Positions 27,077 to 27,102 of a stretch of DNA of 27,102 nucleotides are shown one piece after another. The DNA lies in NCBI GenBank assembly GCA_019686145.1, contig JADGHK010000001.1:1-27102 (forward strand). Reading direction: 5' to 3'. The translations under genes and the position numbers were made by a program. A model generated the notes under the pieces. That model was not told where the DNA came from and did not search any database. It saw only the letters and a program-made list of their open reading frames with translations. Source of the stretch: Bryobacteraceae bacterium. GTDB lineage: Bacteria > Acidobacteriota > Terriglobia > Bryobacterales > Bryobacteraceae. The stretch's first letter is position 1; the number at the start of each line of letters is the position of its first letter.

Positions 27077-27102
27077 ATGAGCGCGGATGACTACAGCGGA
27101 GC
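27077..27102 (+). CDS. Probable start of a downstream gene (MSADDYSG...), truncated by the window end
   Basis: GGGGAGG SD at 27065-71, 5 nt before an ATG whose frame stays open to the edge; too short to identify. Confidence 0.45.

Noticed and set aside
1-27102. CRISPR array, tRNA/rRNA, IS/transposase, integrase or a GTTC-N7-GTTC LexA box
   Set aside because: No regularly spaced repeats, cloverleafs, transposase/integrase motifs or matching boxes found by eye; a tool-based scan was not possible.

Overview
High-GC bacterial chromosomal window, most consistent with Acidobacteriota (Bryobacter/Solibacter-like); this is inferred from gene content and protein style, not from a search. The left part (1-9059, minus strand) runs ffh-rpsP-khpA-rimM-trmD-rplS-rnhB-small membrane protein-lepB-manC, followed by a tricorn-type S41 protease that leaves the window and is missing from the ORF track. 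A plus-strand pair follows: a secreted TonB-C-only protein and a chemoreceptor, behind a sigma28-like promoter. The minus-strand phoH-ybeY-corC/hlyC-era-BON operon has a clear sigma70 promoter and a ~135-nt structured leader. The right part (mostly plus strand) holds a TPR/degenerate-peptidase protein, an MFS transporter, a glycosyltransferase fused to a RimI-like acetyltransferase, DUF465, dps, an orphan receiver protein (minus), a DUF1080 hydrolase and an intact Hen1-Pnkp RNA repair pair. No rRNA, tRNA, CRISPR array or mobile element was recognised. The best candidates for something undescribed are the TonB-C/MCP operon, the GT4-RimI fusion and the phoH leader.
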